This document shows positions 50,638 through 63,298 of a stretch of DNA of 64,000 bases, piece by piece. Position 1 is the stretch's first letter. Every line of letters starts with the position of its first letter. This stretch comes from Collinsella sp. GTDB taxonomy: Bacteria > Actinomycetota > Coriobacteriia > Coriobacteriales > Coriobacteriaceae. The position numbers and the translations under genes were made by a program. The DNA lies in assembly GCA_036297525.1 (NCBI GenBank), contig JAXJKV010000019.1, forward strand, positions 10,715 to 74,714, read 5' to 3'. Under the pieces are notes generated by a model that was given only the letters and a program-made list of their open reading frames with translations, did no database searches and was not told where the DNA came from.

Positions 50638-51054
50638 TTAGGCCTCCGTTTCGATCTCGACGATTTCGTTTTTAATGTACATGCCCTGGTTGTCCCAGAC
50701 ATTGCGGCAGGCGGCGGCAAAGCGCTTGCGGTCGGCTTCGCAGATGCGGGCGAACATGTTGCAGGTGCCAAAGGGCTCGCACACATCAAAGAAGATGCAA
50801 ATTGACGACCAGCCGCCATACCAGCTCACGGCGCCCGCCGGCTCGTGAAAGACGGGGTTCTCGATGTGCTCGTAATTGGCGATGGGGCCCGATACGGGAT
50901 AGGTTACCTCGGCATCGCAGATCTTGGCCGAAAAGATACGTGACTCGACCGGACAGGACGATTCGAACAGCTTGCACGCCTTGGGAGCCTTGTCCCAGAG
51001 CATGTCGGCGAGAAACGTCTCGCCATTCAGCGTGATCTTGAGCATTTTTGTCAT
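50638..51054 (-). CDS. DUF3830 / cyclophilin-like fold protein
   Basis: GGAGG RBS; LWDKAPKAC..F...P, EN....AGAVSWY...ICIFF pattern. Confidence 0.7.
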   Translation of the reverse strand: MTKMLKITLNGETFLADMLWDKAPKACKLFESSCPVESRIFSAKICDAEVTYPVSGPIANYEHIENPVFHEPAGAVSWYGGWSSICIFFDVCEPFGTCNMFARICEADRKRFAAACRNVWDNQGMYIKNEIVEIETEA

Positions 51055-51656
51055 AGTAGGGACCTCCTCAATCCGTCGCTCAAGGGGTTCGCTGGCGGAT
51101 AAGGAGAAGGCAGCAGCGGGGTCGCCGAACCCAAACTTCACGACAGATCTCTGTCGCCCCAGCCCGCGCTGTTCTTCGCTAAAGTACCATGCAGCAATTG
51201 CGCGCGCAATATCAGTTTTTGATTTTCTGGAAGCGGCAACCGACGAGACGGCTCGCCGGCTGCCGGCCGACGCGCGGCAAAGGCACTCGTCTATTCCTTA
51301 AGTTGGATGAAAAACGCCATGTTATTGCAGGGCTGCATACTCGTCCAATAAGTGCATAGAATCTCGTATAGTGCGAGTAAGATTTTGCGCTGTCTGTTTT
51401 ATGTTTAGCAAAGATACAGTTTGCATAATCTGGTCTAATCCCTGCTCTATTAAAATAAAGTTGCACGTAAATGACGTAGATATGCTTGAGCTGGGGTTCT
51501 TTACGCTGAGCGGGTAAAAGCGACCGTTCACCGTTCAACTATTTTCAAAATGAATAAAAAGAGCGATAAAGAGAATATAAACCTTAATAAACTCGCGTAT
51601 CGCACGGGCGCGGGTTATTAATGGGTTGTAGGCCTTTTACAGAAAGGATTCCAGCA

Positions 51657-52619
51657 ATGTCTAAGCCTCTTGGCAAGCCCGATCGTATCGTCGTCGCCCT
51701 TGGCGGCAACGCCCTCGGCAACAACCCCGTCGAGCAGATCGAGGCCGTGAGCAACACCGCTCACGCTCTTCTCGGCCTGATCGAACAGGGTAACGAGATC
51801 ATCATCACCCACGGCAACGGCCCGCAGGTCGGCATGATCCAGAACGCCTTCGCCGCCGCCCACGACGCCATCGGCACCCCCGAGATGCCGCTGCCCGAGT
51901 GCGGCGCCATGTCCCAGGGCTACATCGGCTATCACCTGCAGCAGGGCATTGGCCGCGAGATGCACAAGCGCTATAAGCGTTGGCACGCCGCAACCGTCGT
52001 CACCCAGATCGAGTGCGACCCCGACGACCCCGCGTTCAAGAACCCGACCAAGCCGATTGGCCCGTTCTACACCGAGGAGCAGGCCAAGGAGTTCATGGCC
52101 GAGGATCCTTCCAAGGTCTTCGTCGAGGATTCCGGCCGCGGCTGGCGTCGCGTTGTCGCTTCCCCCGACCCCAAGAAGATCGTCGAGGCCGACTCCATCC
52201 TCAACCTGCTCGACAACGAGTTCATCGTCATCGCCTGCGGTGGCGGCGGCATCCCCGTCGTCCGCGACTACGAGAACAAGGGCTGCTACAAGGGCGTTCC
52301 CGCCGTCATCGACAAGGACCTGGGCGGCGAGCTGCTGGCTGAGGACTGCGACGCCGACGTTCTGTTCCTGCTGACCGCCGTTGAGCATGTCGCCATCAAC
52401 TTTGGCAAGCCCAGCCAGGAGGAGCTCGAGGACATCACCGCCGACGAGGCCGAGCGCCTGGCCGACGAGGGCCAGTTCGGCAAGGGTTCCATGGAGCCCA
52501 AGGTCCGCGCCGCCATCAAGTTCGCCCGTTCCCGCAAGGGCCGCACTTGCATCATCGGCGCCCTGGACAAGGCTGCCGAGACCATGGCCGGCCTCTCCGG
52601 TACCCGCATCCACGAGTAG
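51657..52619 (+). CDS. arcC: Carbamate kinase
   Basis: VVALGGNAL, THGNGPQVG, PTKPIGPFY, GWRRVVASP, AVIDKD, GSMEPK. Confidence 0.96.
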   Translation: MSKPLGKPDRIVVALGGNALGNNPVEQIEAVSNTAHALLGLIEQGNEIIITHGNGPQVGMIQNAFAAAHDAIGTPEMPLPECGAMSQGYIGYHLQQGIGREMHKRYKRWHAATVVTQIECDPDDPAFKNPTKPIGPFYTEEQAKEFMAEDPSKVFVEDSGRGWRRVVASPDPKKIVEADSILNLLDNEFIVIACGGGGIPVVRDYENKGCYKGVPAVIDKDLGGELLAEDCDADVLFLLTAVEHVAINFGKPSQEELEDITADEAERLADEGQFGKGSMEPKVRAAIKFARSRKGRTCIIGALDKAAETMAGLSGTRIHE

Positions 52620-52685
52620 CCTCTACTCCATTGCCTCTCTCGTGGGCGCCAGGCAAGGCGCCCACAAACTAGCCTCTCTTCATGA

Positions 52686-52718
52686 GCCCCGCAGTCCGCT
52701 CCGACTGCGGGGCTTTTG
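52686..52718 (+). terminator. Intrinsic terminator after arcC
   Basis: GCCCCGCAGTC / GACTGCGGGGC followed by TTTT. Confidence 0.75.
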
Positions 52719-52745
52719 CTATTTACCTAGTCCCCGATGGGAGGG

Positions 52746-52827
52746 TAGTCATTGGGGACGTTCTTAAACGACTAGTCAAACAAGAACGTCCTCAATGACT
52801 ACTAATTTAAATCTGTCCCCAATGACT
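52746..52827. repeat. REP-like palindromic repeat, copy 2
   Basis: TAGTCATTGGGGACGTTCTTAAACGAC...AAGAACGTCCTCAATGACTA...TGTCCCCAATGACT; matches 4945-5011. Confidence 0.8.
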
Positions 52828-52992
52828 GCGGAAAGCGCATCTCACACCGACGCATTGCTTTCGGGCCCTCTCTCCGTGCTCCCTATAAGTTCAGCTGGAC
52901 TCCCCGCAACCTGTTCCGCGTTGGCGGAACGAGCGCGACGTGGAGTGTCATTCTTTACCGCGTTAGACTAGACACAGGGAAAGGAGGAGGAC

Positions 52993-54888
52993 ATGGATGC
53001 TCGCGTCAAGCAGCTTGTAAATATGATCGAGGACGCTCAGCCTGTCGCTGTCGCGGTGCTTGCCAAGCGTCTCGAGGTAAGCGAGCGCGCCGTGAGAAAC
53101 TATATCCATCGCGCAAACGACAAGCTTGCGGGGGTTGCACGCATCGTTGGCAGCAAAGGGCAATATCGTATCGATGTTGCACATGCAGATGAGCTTGCTC
53201 GCTTGCTAGACGGTGCGGCTCTGGCCCATCCGGGCATTCCTGATACGCGCGACGGCCGTGTGTCCTTCCTTCTTAACGACCTTCTCATGCGGTCCCAGTG
53301 GGTGACGATTGAGGAGTATGCGGATTTACTCTACGTTTCGGCGCGAACTCTGTCCAATGACATGCGTCTGGTAGAGCAGAAACTCGCCCAATTTGACTTG
53401 ATGCTCGAAAAGCGCCCTCGCTACGGAATCCGCGTTGCGGGTGGGGAGTCGCAACGGCGTCTGTGTCTGGCCTCACTGGTGAGGCCCGTGTTGCCCGACA
53501 CCGACGATGCAGAGCTCGCCGAGCGCCTGCGGGCCATCGCCGCATGTGTGGACGATGCCCTGACTGCCTCGCCCGTCACGGTGAGCTCGCTGGCATTCCG
53601 CAATCTCATCATGCATCTTTACATCGCTCTTGGTCGCATCGAGCAGGGCTGCTATGTCCCGGCTGCAGAATCGGACGTTTTAAAGCTGGAGGGAACGCGC
53701 GAATACGCTGCGGCTTTCCAGATTGCCGCAAACATCAAGGATGCCCTGGGCGTGAGCATGCCCCGAGAAGAGGTTGCCTTTATCGCAATCCATTTGCTCG
53801 GCAGGGGCACGGGCGTGCCCGAGAAGGGCTCGGCCGTTATCTCGGACGAGATGTGGGAGATCGCTTCCGAGATGGTATGTGCGGTCAACGATGAGTTTAG
53901 GTTTGACTTTAGCAGCGATCTTGAACTTCGCATGAACCTTGCTCGGCATATTGGCCCTCTGGGCTATCGCCTTGAATATCACATGCATATGGATAACCCC
54001 ATGCTGCCCGATATCAAGACGAGGTTTCCGTTGGCCTATTCGATGGCGGCCGGCACCTCGCAGGTACTCGAGCGTCATTTTGGCAGCCAGCCCTCTGATG
54101 AGGAGCTCGGCTACATCGCCATGGCATTTGCCCTGGCCCTCGAGCAGCAAGCCGACCAGCCGCGTCGCAAACGCATCCTGATCGTGTGCGCCTCGGGAGC
54201 GGGAAGCGCCCGTATGCTCGAGCACCAGTACCGCAAGCAGTTTGGTATGTATATCGAGTCGATTGAGACATGCGATGTCGCCCGCGTGGGAACGCTCGAC
54301 TTTTCGCACATAGACTACGTGTTCACAACGGTGCCGCTCAACGTCAAGTTGCCCGTGCCCGTCCGCGAGGCCGATTTCTTCTTGGAGACGAGCGATGTCA
54401 ACGCTATCCGCAAGGTGCTGAGTGATGACGCTGCGCAATCGGACTCCGTAAGCTCTTTCTTTAGCCGTGCCCTGTTCTTCAACCGCGTTGAGGCGTCGTC
54501 GAAGCAGGCCGTTCTCCGATATCTCTCCGAGCGCGCCGTCGAGAGCGGCCGTGTCGATGCCCAGTTTGCCCAAGAGGTCGCCGAGCGCGAGAGCGCGAGT
54601 GCCACCTCGTTTGGCAATGGGGTAGCCATGCCCCATGGGATGCATCCCTTGAGCGCCGAGGCCTTTGTTACCGTGGGCCTGCTCGAACATCCCATTCTTT
54701 GGGACGAATACGGCCATGAGGTCGATATCGTCTTTATGGTGTCGTTTGCCCGGTCGGGCGGCGATGAGGCGCGGATCTTGAGCTCACTGCTCGCCGAGAT
54801 CTTTATGGACCGCCAGGGGGTCGAGCGCCTACGCGAGCGCCGGTCCTGGCATGAGCTGATGGCGCTTGTGCAAGCGCATACGGCTTAA
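52993..54888 (+). CDS. PRD-containing transcriptional activator (LicR/MtlR-like)
   Basis: HTH (LEVSERAVRNYI), second HTH (LYVSARTL), two PRDs, IVCASGAGSA (EIIB-like), VAMPH (EIIA-like). Confidence 0.9.
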   Translation: MDARVKQLVNMIEDAQPVAVAVLAKRLEVSERAVRNYIHRANDKLAGVARIVGSKGQYRIDVAHADELARLLDGAALAHPGIPDTRDGRVSFLLNDLLMRSQWVTIEEYADLLYVSARTLSNDMRLVEQKLAQFDLMLEKRPRYGIRVAGGESQRRLCLASLVRPVLPDTDDAELAERLRAIAACVDDALTASPVTVSSLAFRNLIMHLYIALGRIEQGCYVPAAESDVLKLEGTREYAAAFQIAANIKDALGVSMPREEVAFIAIHLLGRGTGVPEKGSAVISDEMWEIASEMVCAVNDEFRFDFSSDLELRMNLARHIGPLGYRLEYHMHMDNPMLPDIKTRFPLAYSMAAGTSQVLERHFGSQPSDEELGYIAMAFALALEQQADQPRRKRILIVCASGAGSARMLEHQYRKQFGMYIESIETCDVARVGTLDFSHIDYVFTTVPLNVKLPVPVREADFFLETSDVNAIRKVLSDDAAQSDSVSSFFSRALFFNRVEASSKQAVLRYLSERAVESGRVDAQFAQEVAERESASATSFGNGVAMPHGMHPLSAEAFVTVGLLEHPILWDEYGHEVDIVFMVSFARSGGDEARILSSLLAEIFMDRQGVERLRERRSWHELMALVQAHTA

Positions 54889-55007
54889 GACTTCTTTTGT
54901 CGATAACCCTGTCTGTCTACCTGCAATAAACCTCGAGGATTGCGGGCGGGAGATAGGCGTTTCGAATATTCAAGTACAAACCAAACATCACGGGAGAGGA
55001 GACCGTT

Positions 55008-55334
55008 ATGGACGATCAGGGAACCGAGATGGTTTCGTTTCAGCTGGTCGCTGCAGCGGGAGAGGCACGCAGCCTTGCCTTCGAAGCCCTTGAAAAGGCA
55101 AAAGCGGGGGATTTTGACGCCGCCGCCAAACTCATGAAGCAGTCAAAGGATGCGGGAATCAAGGCTCACCACATCCAAACGCAGCTGCTTTCGACTGAGG
55201 CAGCGGGCGAGCATCTGTCGGTGGATGTGTTGCTGGTCCATGCTCAGGACCACCTCATGTGCTCCATGCTTGCTCAGGAGCTCGTGCAGGAGCTGATCTG
55301 CCTGTATGAGTGCACTGCAACCAAGAACGCCTAG
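55008..55334 (+). CDS. PTS lactose/cellobiose-family EIIA
   Basis: AGEARS, AHHIQT, LLVHAQDHLM. Confidence 0.93.
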   Translation: MDDQGTEMVSFQLVAAAGEARSLAFEALEKAKAGDFDAAAKLMKQSKDAGIKAHHIQTQLLSTEAAGEHLSVDVLLVHAQDHLMCSMLAQELVQELICLYECTATKNA

Positions 55335-55380
55335 CGGCGTGCGGTGACTATCCAACCAATCAATGCGAAGGGAATCCCTT

Positions 55381-55674
55381 ATGAAGATCCTTCTTGTTTG
55401 CGCAGCTGGTCTGTCTACAAGCATTCTGATGAAGAAACTCGAGAAATATGCGGAGCAAAACGGCATCGAGCTCGATATCGATGCGGTGGGTATCGGCGAG
55501 TATCAGGAGACGTGCGCCAATTATGACGTGCTGCTCTTGGGGCCGCAGGTGTCCTACCAGCTCAACACCGTCAAGCAGGGGAGCGGTAAGCCGATCGCGG
55601 TCATCCCCGCACAGGACTACGGCATGGGCAACGCCGCCAACGTGCTGGCACTCGCCCAGTCGCTGTTGGGTTAG
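55381..55674 (+). CDS. PTS cellobiose-family EIIB
   Basis: MKILLVCAAGLSTS, LLGPQV, DYG. Confidence 0.93.
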   Translation: MKILLVCAAGLSTSILMKKLEKYAEQNGIELDIDAVGIGEYQETCANYDVLLLGPQVSYQLNTVKQGSGKPIAVIPAQDYGMGNAANVLALAQSLLG

Positions 55675-55683
55675 GAGGCGACC

Positions 55684-58489
<2,806 letters not shown>

Positions 58490-58505
58490 CTCTTGCAGGT
58501 CTGTT

Positions 58506-58540
58506 GCCCCCGCGGTCCGCTTCGGCCGCGGGGGCTTTTG
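58506..58540 (+). terminator. Intrinsic terminator after GH1 gene
   Basis: GCCCCCGCGG..CCGCGGGGGC followed by TTTTG. Confidence 0.75.
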
Positions 58541-58585
58541 TTATTGAGGCGGCTGTTCATGAGGAGCATTGCAGGCTGCGGAAAC

Positions 58586-58934
58586 CCGGCACTTGGGGAC
58601 GTTCCTTTCCTGCCGGCAGCTTGGGACAGTCCTTAAAGGCCGCATCGATCAACTGCGGAAAGCACATCCCAGAATGAGCGTCCAACATGGGGTGCGGTTT
58701 CCCTTGAGGCCCTCAATCGGAAAATGCATCCCGGATTATTGTCGAAAAGCGGTCCCTAGTTTCCCAAACGGGCCGCTAACGGAAAGCGCGCCCCGCTATT
58801 GGGCCCCAAAGCAGGATGCGCTTTCCGTGCTGGCAGTTCCAAGCAGTTCGGGATGGCCCTTTTCGTCTGCTCTCGGCCGGCGTCCGTAAGACTGTCCCTA
58901 ACGACCACTCATTTAAGTCTGTCCCCAATGACTA
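58586..58934. repeat. Composite intergenic repeat cluster (GGGAC-family units around CGGAAAGC units)
   Basis: GGGAC units at 58586-58634 and inverted at 58891-58934 flanking several CGGAAAGC(A/G)C / GCGCTTTCCG motifs. Confidence 0.65.
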
Positions 58935-59966
58935 GTAGTAGGCCCACATGGCTTCGACTTCGTTAAGGACCTCTACGGCGCCCCAGCGGCGGGCGCTGCG
59001 GCTGGCCGAGTTGGGATCGAAGACTCCAATCTGGTCGGCGTCGTCAATACCGTAAAGCACAATGTAGTGTCCAACGCTGGTAAAGGTGCCCGGCCGAACG
59101 GCGGCGATAACGGGTGCTCCCGAACGCAGCGCCTGAGTCATCGAGTCGCGATCGTTGTGGAGCTCCGTTCCGTTAAGCCCCAACTGCCACGCGCCACACG
59201 TCATAAACGACCATTCGGTTGCGCCGGTGGGGGCGTAATTGCCCGCCTCGGAAAGCGCGCACATATCGACGGGGGTCATATTGGTGCGTCCCGTCTTAAA
59301 GATGTAGACCATGGTGAGGCACGTGGGCCCGCAGGCATTTTGGCGGATGGTGCCGCCGGCGTAAGGCAGCTCCGACCACGCAGGGTCGATCTGATAGATA
59401 TGGGGCATCGTGCCGGCTTGCCATTGCGAGCGTGGGGTCGAAAAGGCGAAAGAATAACCGGGTGCGACGGGGGCCTTGAGCAGCTTGTCCTCGGCGGTGG
59501 GCTCGAGACCGGCCGACCCGTGGGACATGCAGGAGCTCATAAGCACAAAGACCAGACAGGTAAGGATAGAGCACAGTGCGAGGCGAAGTCGACGAGCCGG
59601 CAGGGCGGGGGCATTCGCGTGCGATGCCGAGCGGTAGGGCTTGCCGTCGCGTCCGCCTTGGGGATGCGAAAAGAAGCGGTTGATATGGATGCCGGGCTGA
59701 CGTGCGCCGTTGCGGCGCAGTTGCGGAACCTCGGCCTGACGCTGTCGAGTGCGCGCGCCCAAGCGGCTATCTTGCTGCGCGCTTGTGCCCGTGCTCAGAC
59801 GGCCACTCTGCCGTGTTCTGCTTGACTGCTGCCGAGACGAAGGCCTGGGTTGCTCTTGGAGGCGTTGCGGATTGCTGCTCGTGGCATTTCTGGGCGTAGG
59901 CGTGGTACGGCCAGCAAGGCGAACGCTTTGTCGCCGTTGATCACCGTCGTTGTATCCGTATGCCAT
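58932..59966 (-). CDS. Membrane-anchored C39-like (papain-fold) peptidase
   Basis: YQIDPAW, NACGPTCLTM (Cys), GHYIVL (His), VFDPNS (Asp); basic disordered N-terminus and TM helix. Confidence 0.85.
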   Translation of the reverse strand: MAYGYNDGDQRRQSVRLAGRTTPTPRNATSSNPQRLQEQPRPSSRQQSSRTRQSGRLSTGTSAQQDSRLGARTRQRQAEVPQLRRNGARQPGIHINRFFSHPQGGRDGKPYRSASHANAPALPARRLRLALCSILTCLVFVLMSSCMSHGSAGLEPTAEDKLLKAPVAPGYSFAFSTPRSQWQAGTMPHIYQIDPAWSELPYAGGTIRQNACGPTCLTMVYIFKTGRTNMTPVDMCALSEAGNYAPTGATEWSFMTCGAWQLGLNGTELHNDRDSMTQALRSGAPVIAAVRPGTFTSVGHYIVLYGIDDADQIGVFDPNSASRSARRWGAVEVLNEVEAMWAYY

Positions 59967-60326
59967 TCGTACCGCCTTGTCTCATGTATAACCTGTCCAT
60001 CCTACAAAAAAGATGTGCAACAAATGGGTCTGCGCGTCAAAAGCTCGGTAAACGGTACGAAAGGCGCAAAACACACGGCCTCAAAAACATCTCTATATGC
60101 GTCCGATGAGCGTACGCCCGTCGGACGGGCGGCAACAATGAGCGGCAAACCGTGCCGTTCGTCCCAAAAACGGCGCCGCTCGTTTTGCAGTTCTGCCTTC
60201 GGTCGAGCTACAAGCGGAGCTGCTGCGCCAAGGCCGTATCTTAAAGCCACGAAATAAAAGAGCGCGGCAAAACAGACCGCGCAAGGGGTGACGTCAAGGG
60301 GCGTCAAAAAGGAAAGGAGGGGAACA

Positions 60327-61778
60327 ATGGCGGACAAGAACGCAGAAGTTGCAGTCGAGGATAACGGCGGCATGAAGAAAACGCTTTCGCTCTGGAACTT
60401 CTTCACCATCGGTTTCGGTGCCATCATCGGTACCGGTTGGGTTCTGCAGGTCGGCGACTGGATGGTCGTGGGCGGCGGTCCCGTTCCCGCTATGATCGCA
60501 TTCCTCTTGGGTGCAATCTTCCTCGTGCCCGTCGGAGCTGTTTTCGGCGAGCTCACGGCTGCTATCCCCATTTCGGGCGGCATCGTCGAGTATGTCGATC
60601 GTAGCTTTGGCCGTACGCTGAGCTACATCACCGGATGGCTTTTGGCCCTGGGCAACGGTATCCTGTGCCCGTGGGAGGCCATCGCCATTTCGACCCTCGT
60701 GTCCGAGATGTTCGGCAGCCTGCCCGGTCTTGAGTGGCTGCGCGCCGTCAAGCTCTACACCATCCTGGGCGCCGACGTTTACCTGTTCCCGACGCTGATC
60801 GCGCTCGGCTTTGCAGCCTACGTCATCTTCCTCAACTTCCGCGGTGCCAGCTCGGCCGCCAAGCTCCAGGCCTTCCTGACCAAGGCCCTGCTCTGCGGCA
60901 TGCTGCTCGCCATGGGCGTCTCGCTGTTCACCGGCTCGCCGGACAACGCCATGCCCGTGTTCTCCCAGGTCACCGGCGCTGGCGGCGGCAAGGCCGCTAC
61001 CGAGGGCGCCAGCCTGTTCGCCGGCATCGTGTCGGTCCTGGTTCTGACCCCGTTCTTCTACGCCGGTTTCGACACCATTCCTCAGCAGGCTGAGGAAGCA
61101 GCCGAGGGCCTCAACTGGAACAAGTTCGGCAAGATCATCTCCCTGGCCCTGCTGGCCGCCGGCGGCTTCTACATGGTCTGCATCTACTCGTTCGGCACCA
61201 TCCTCGACTGGCATGAGTTTGTTAAGAGCCCGGTTCCCGCGCTTGCCTGCCTCAAGGGTATCAACATGCTCCTGTACCTGGCCATGCTCGTCATCGCCAC
61301 GCTTGGACCCATGGGCCCGATGAACTCCTTCTACGGCGCTACGAGCCGCATCATGCTCGCCATGGGCCGCAAGGGCCAGCTGCCCGAGCAGTTCGCCGAG
61401 GTCGACCCCAAGTCCGGCGCTCCCAAGCTCGCCTGCGTCGTTCTGGGCGTCATCACCGTCGTCGGTCCGTTCCTGGGCAAGAACATGCTCATCCCTCTGA
61501 CCAACGTGTCGGCTCTCGCCTTCATCTTCTCCTGCGGCATGGTCGCCCTCGCATGCCTGCGTATGCGCTTCACCGAGCCCGACCTGCCTCGTCCCTACGA
61601 GGTGCCCGGCGGCAAGTTTGGCATCGGCCTCGCTATCGCCGCCTGCGCCATCATCATCGGCCTGCTCGTGATTCCGTTCTCTCCCGCCTCCCTCAACATG
61701 GTGGAGTGGAGCATCGTGATCGGCTGGTTGGCTATTGGCCTGGCCCTCATGGCTTTCACCAATTCCCGCAAAAAGTAA
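60327..61778 (+). CDS. APC-family amino acid permease
   Basis: GFGAIIGTG, ELTAAIPISGG, YAGFDTIPQ.AEE, SRIMLAMGR.GQLP, RPYEVPGG; about 12 TM helices. Confidence 0.92.
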   Translation: MADKNAEVAVEDNGGMKKTLSLWNFFTIGFGAIIGTGWVLQVGDWMVVGGGPVPAMIAFLLGAIFLVPVGAVFGELTAAIPISGGIVEYVDRSFGRTLSYITGWLLALGNGILCPWEAIAISTLVSEMFGSLPGLEWLRAVKLYTILGADVYLFPTLIALGFAAYVIFLNFRGASSAAKLQAFLTKALLCGMLLAMGVSLFTGSPDNAMPVFSQVTGAGGGKAATEGASLFAGIVSVLVLTPFFYAGFDTIPQQAEEAAEGLNWNKFGKIISLALLAAGGFYMVCIYSFGTILDWHEFVKSPVPALACLKGINMLLYLAMLVIATLGPMGPMNSFYGATSRIMLAMGRKGQLPEQFAEVDPKSGAPKLACVVLGVITVVGPFLGKNMLIPLTNVSALAFIFSCGMVALACLRMRFTEPDLPRPYEVPGGKFGIGLAIAACAIIIGLLVIPFSPASLNMVEWSIVIGWLAIGLALMAFTNSRKK

Positions 61779-61909
61779 CGCCGAGCCGGGGCGGATCGGG
61801 TGCGCGGAATCCTCTCTTCCGTGCACCGAACCCGGCGCCACTTGGGTAGCTTTGTGAGGCCTTAACCCAACACGGCCTCGCCCACTATATGGATCCATAA
61901 GGAGGAACC

Positions 61910-63187
61910 ATGTCCACTAAGTATGCAATCGTTGGCGGTAAGCTCATCGACGGTACCGGTGCCGAGCCGGTCGAGAACTCCCTCGTTCTCGTCGACGACA
62001 ACGGCAAGATCGAGTACGCCGGCGCCATGCAGGACCTTCCCGAGGGCGTTGAGGTCATCGACGCCGCCGGCAAGACCGTCCTTCCCGGCCTGATCGACAC
62101 CCACCTGCACTTCTCGGGCAACTTGACCGACGATGACACCGACTGGGTCATGCAGCCGCTCCTCGAGAAGCAGGCCGTCGCAGTCAAGCAGGCCTACGAC
62201 TGCCTCACCCACGGCCTCACCACCGTCTGCGAGATCGGCCGCTTTGGTATCCAGATCCGTGACTGCATCGACAAGGGCGTCTTCAAGGGCCCGCGCGTTC
62301 TGGCCACCGGCCTTGGCTTCTGCCGCGTTGCCGGCCACGGCGACTCCCACCACTGCAGCCAGGAGCTCAACAAGGAATCGCACCCCTGGGGCGATCAGGT
62401 CGACGGTCCCTGGGATCTGCGCAAGGCCGTCCGTCGTCGCCTGCGTGAGAACCCCGATGCCATCAAGATCTGGGCTACCGGTGGCGGCATCTGGCGCTGG
62501 GACTCCGGCCGCGACCAGCACTACTGCTCCGAGGAGATTCAGGCCGTGGTCGAAGAGGCAAAGATGGTCGGCATCCCCGTGTGGAGCCACTGCTACAACA
62601 ACCACGCCGCTGCCTACGATTCCGTTCGCTTTGGCTGCGAGCAGCTGATTCACGGCTTCGATATCGATGAGCGTACCATGGACCTCATGGCCGAGCAGGG
62701 CACCTTCTTCACCCCGACGATCGCCTTCCTGCCCACCTGGTACGCCACCTATCCGCCCGTCTACGTCCCCGAGCTGCACGACAAGTACGAGGGCACCCTG
62801 GTCGAGAAGGAGCTGCAGCGCAACTACGACTGCCTGCGCGAGGCCAAGAAGCGCGGCGTCGTCATGACGATCGGCTCCGACTCCTTCTCCTTCGTCACCC
62901 CGTACGGCACCTGCTCCATCGAGGAGATGTACGAGTTCGTCGACAAGATCGGCTTCACCCCGGTCGAGACCATCACCTGTGCCACTCTCAACGGTGCCAA
63001 GATGTGCCACATCGAGGACGAGACCGGTTCCATCGAGGCCGGCAAGTGCGCCGACCTGCTGGTCGTCAACGGTGACGTCGCCGCCGACATCCACGTGCTC
63101 AACACCGACAACATGGACGTCATCATGAAGGACGGCTGGATTGTCGAGGGCGGCACCTTCGGCGAGGCAAACAAGTACAGCGCCTAA
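61910..63187 (+). CDS. Metal-dependent amidohydrolase (Xaa-Pro dipeptidase-like subgroup)
   Basis: LPGLIDTHLH, GHGD, IKIWATGG, SH, IHG, GSD, GSIEAGKCADLL. Confidence 0.9.
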   Translation: MSTKYAIVGGKLIDGTGAEPVENSLVLVDDNGKIEYAGAMQDLPEGVEVIDAAGKTVLPGLIDTHLHFSGNLTDDDTDWVMQPLLEKQAVAVKQAYDCLTHGLTTVCEIGRFGIQIRDCIDKGVFKGPRVLATGLGFCRVAGHGDSHHCSQELNKESHPWGDQVDGPWDLRKAVRRRLRENPDAIKIWATGGGIWRWDSGRDQHYCSEEIQAVVEEAKMVGIPVWSHCYNNHAAAYDSVRFGCEQLIHGFDIDERTMDLMAEQGTFFTPTIAFLPTWYATYPPVYVPELHDKYEGTLVEKELQRNYDCLREAKKRGVVMTIGSDSFSFVTPYGTCSIEEMYEFVDKIGFTPVETITCATLNGAKMCHIEDETGSIEAGKCADLLVVNGDVAADIHVLNTDNMDVIMKDGWIVEGGTFGEANKYSA

Positions 63188-63298
63188 GCTACCGTTCATC
63201 GATGGCTTGATGTAAAACACAGTATTTGATGCATAATGCAATGGAGAGGGTCGCTTGCGGCCCTCTTTATTGCTATGGGGTGCGTCAGTAAGAAGGAG

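Noticed and set aside
51330..51430. ArgR boxes upstream of arcC
   Set aside because: Several TGCATA half-sites but no convincing full palindromic ARG box.
58586..58934. CRISPR array
   Set aside because: Repeats are degenerate, in mixed orientation, irregularly spaced, with no cas genes.
58932..59966. C39-like peptidase as leader peptidase of the RiPP
   Set aside because: About 17 kb away, host-like GC, membrane-anchored; precursors lack a double-Gly site at the leader/core junction.
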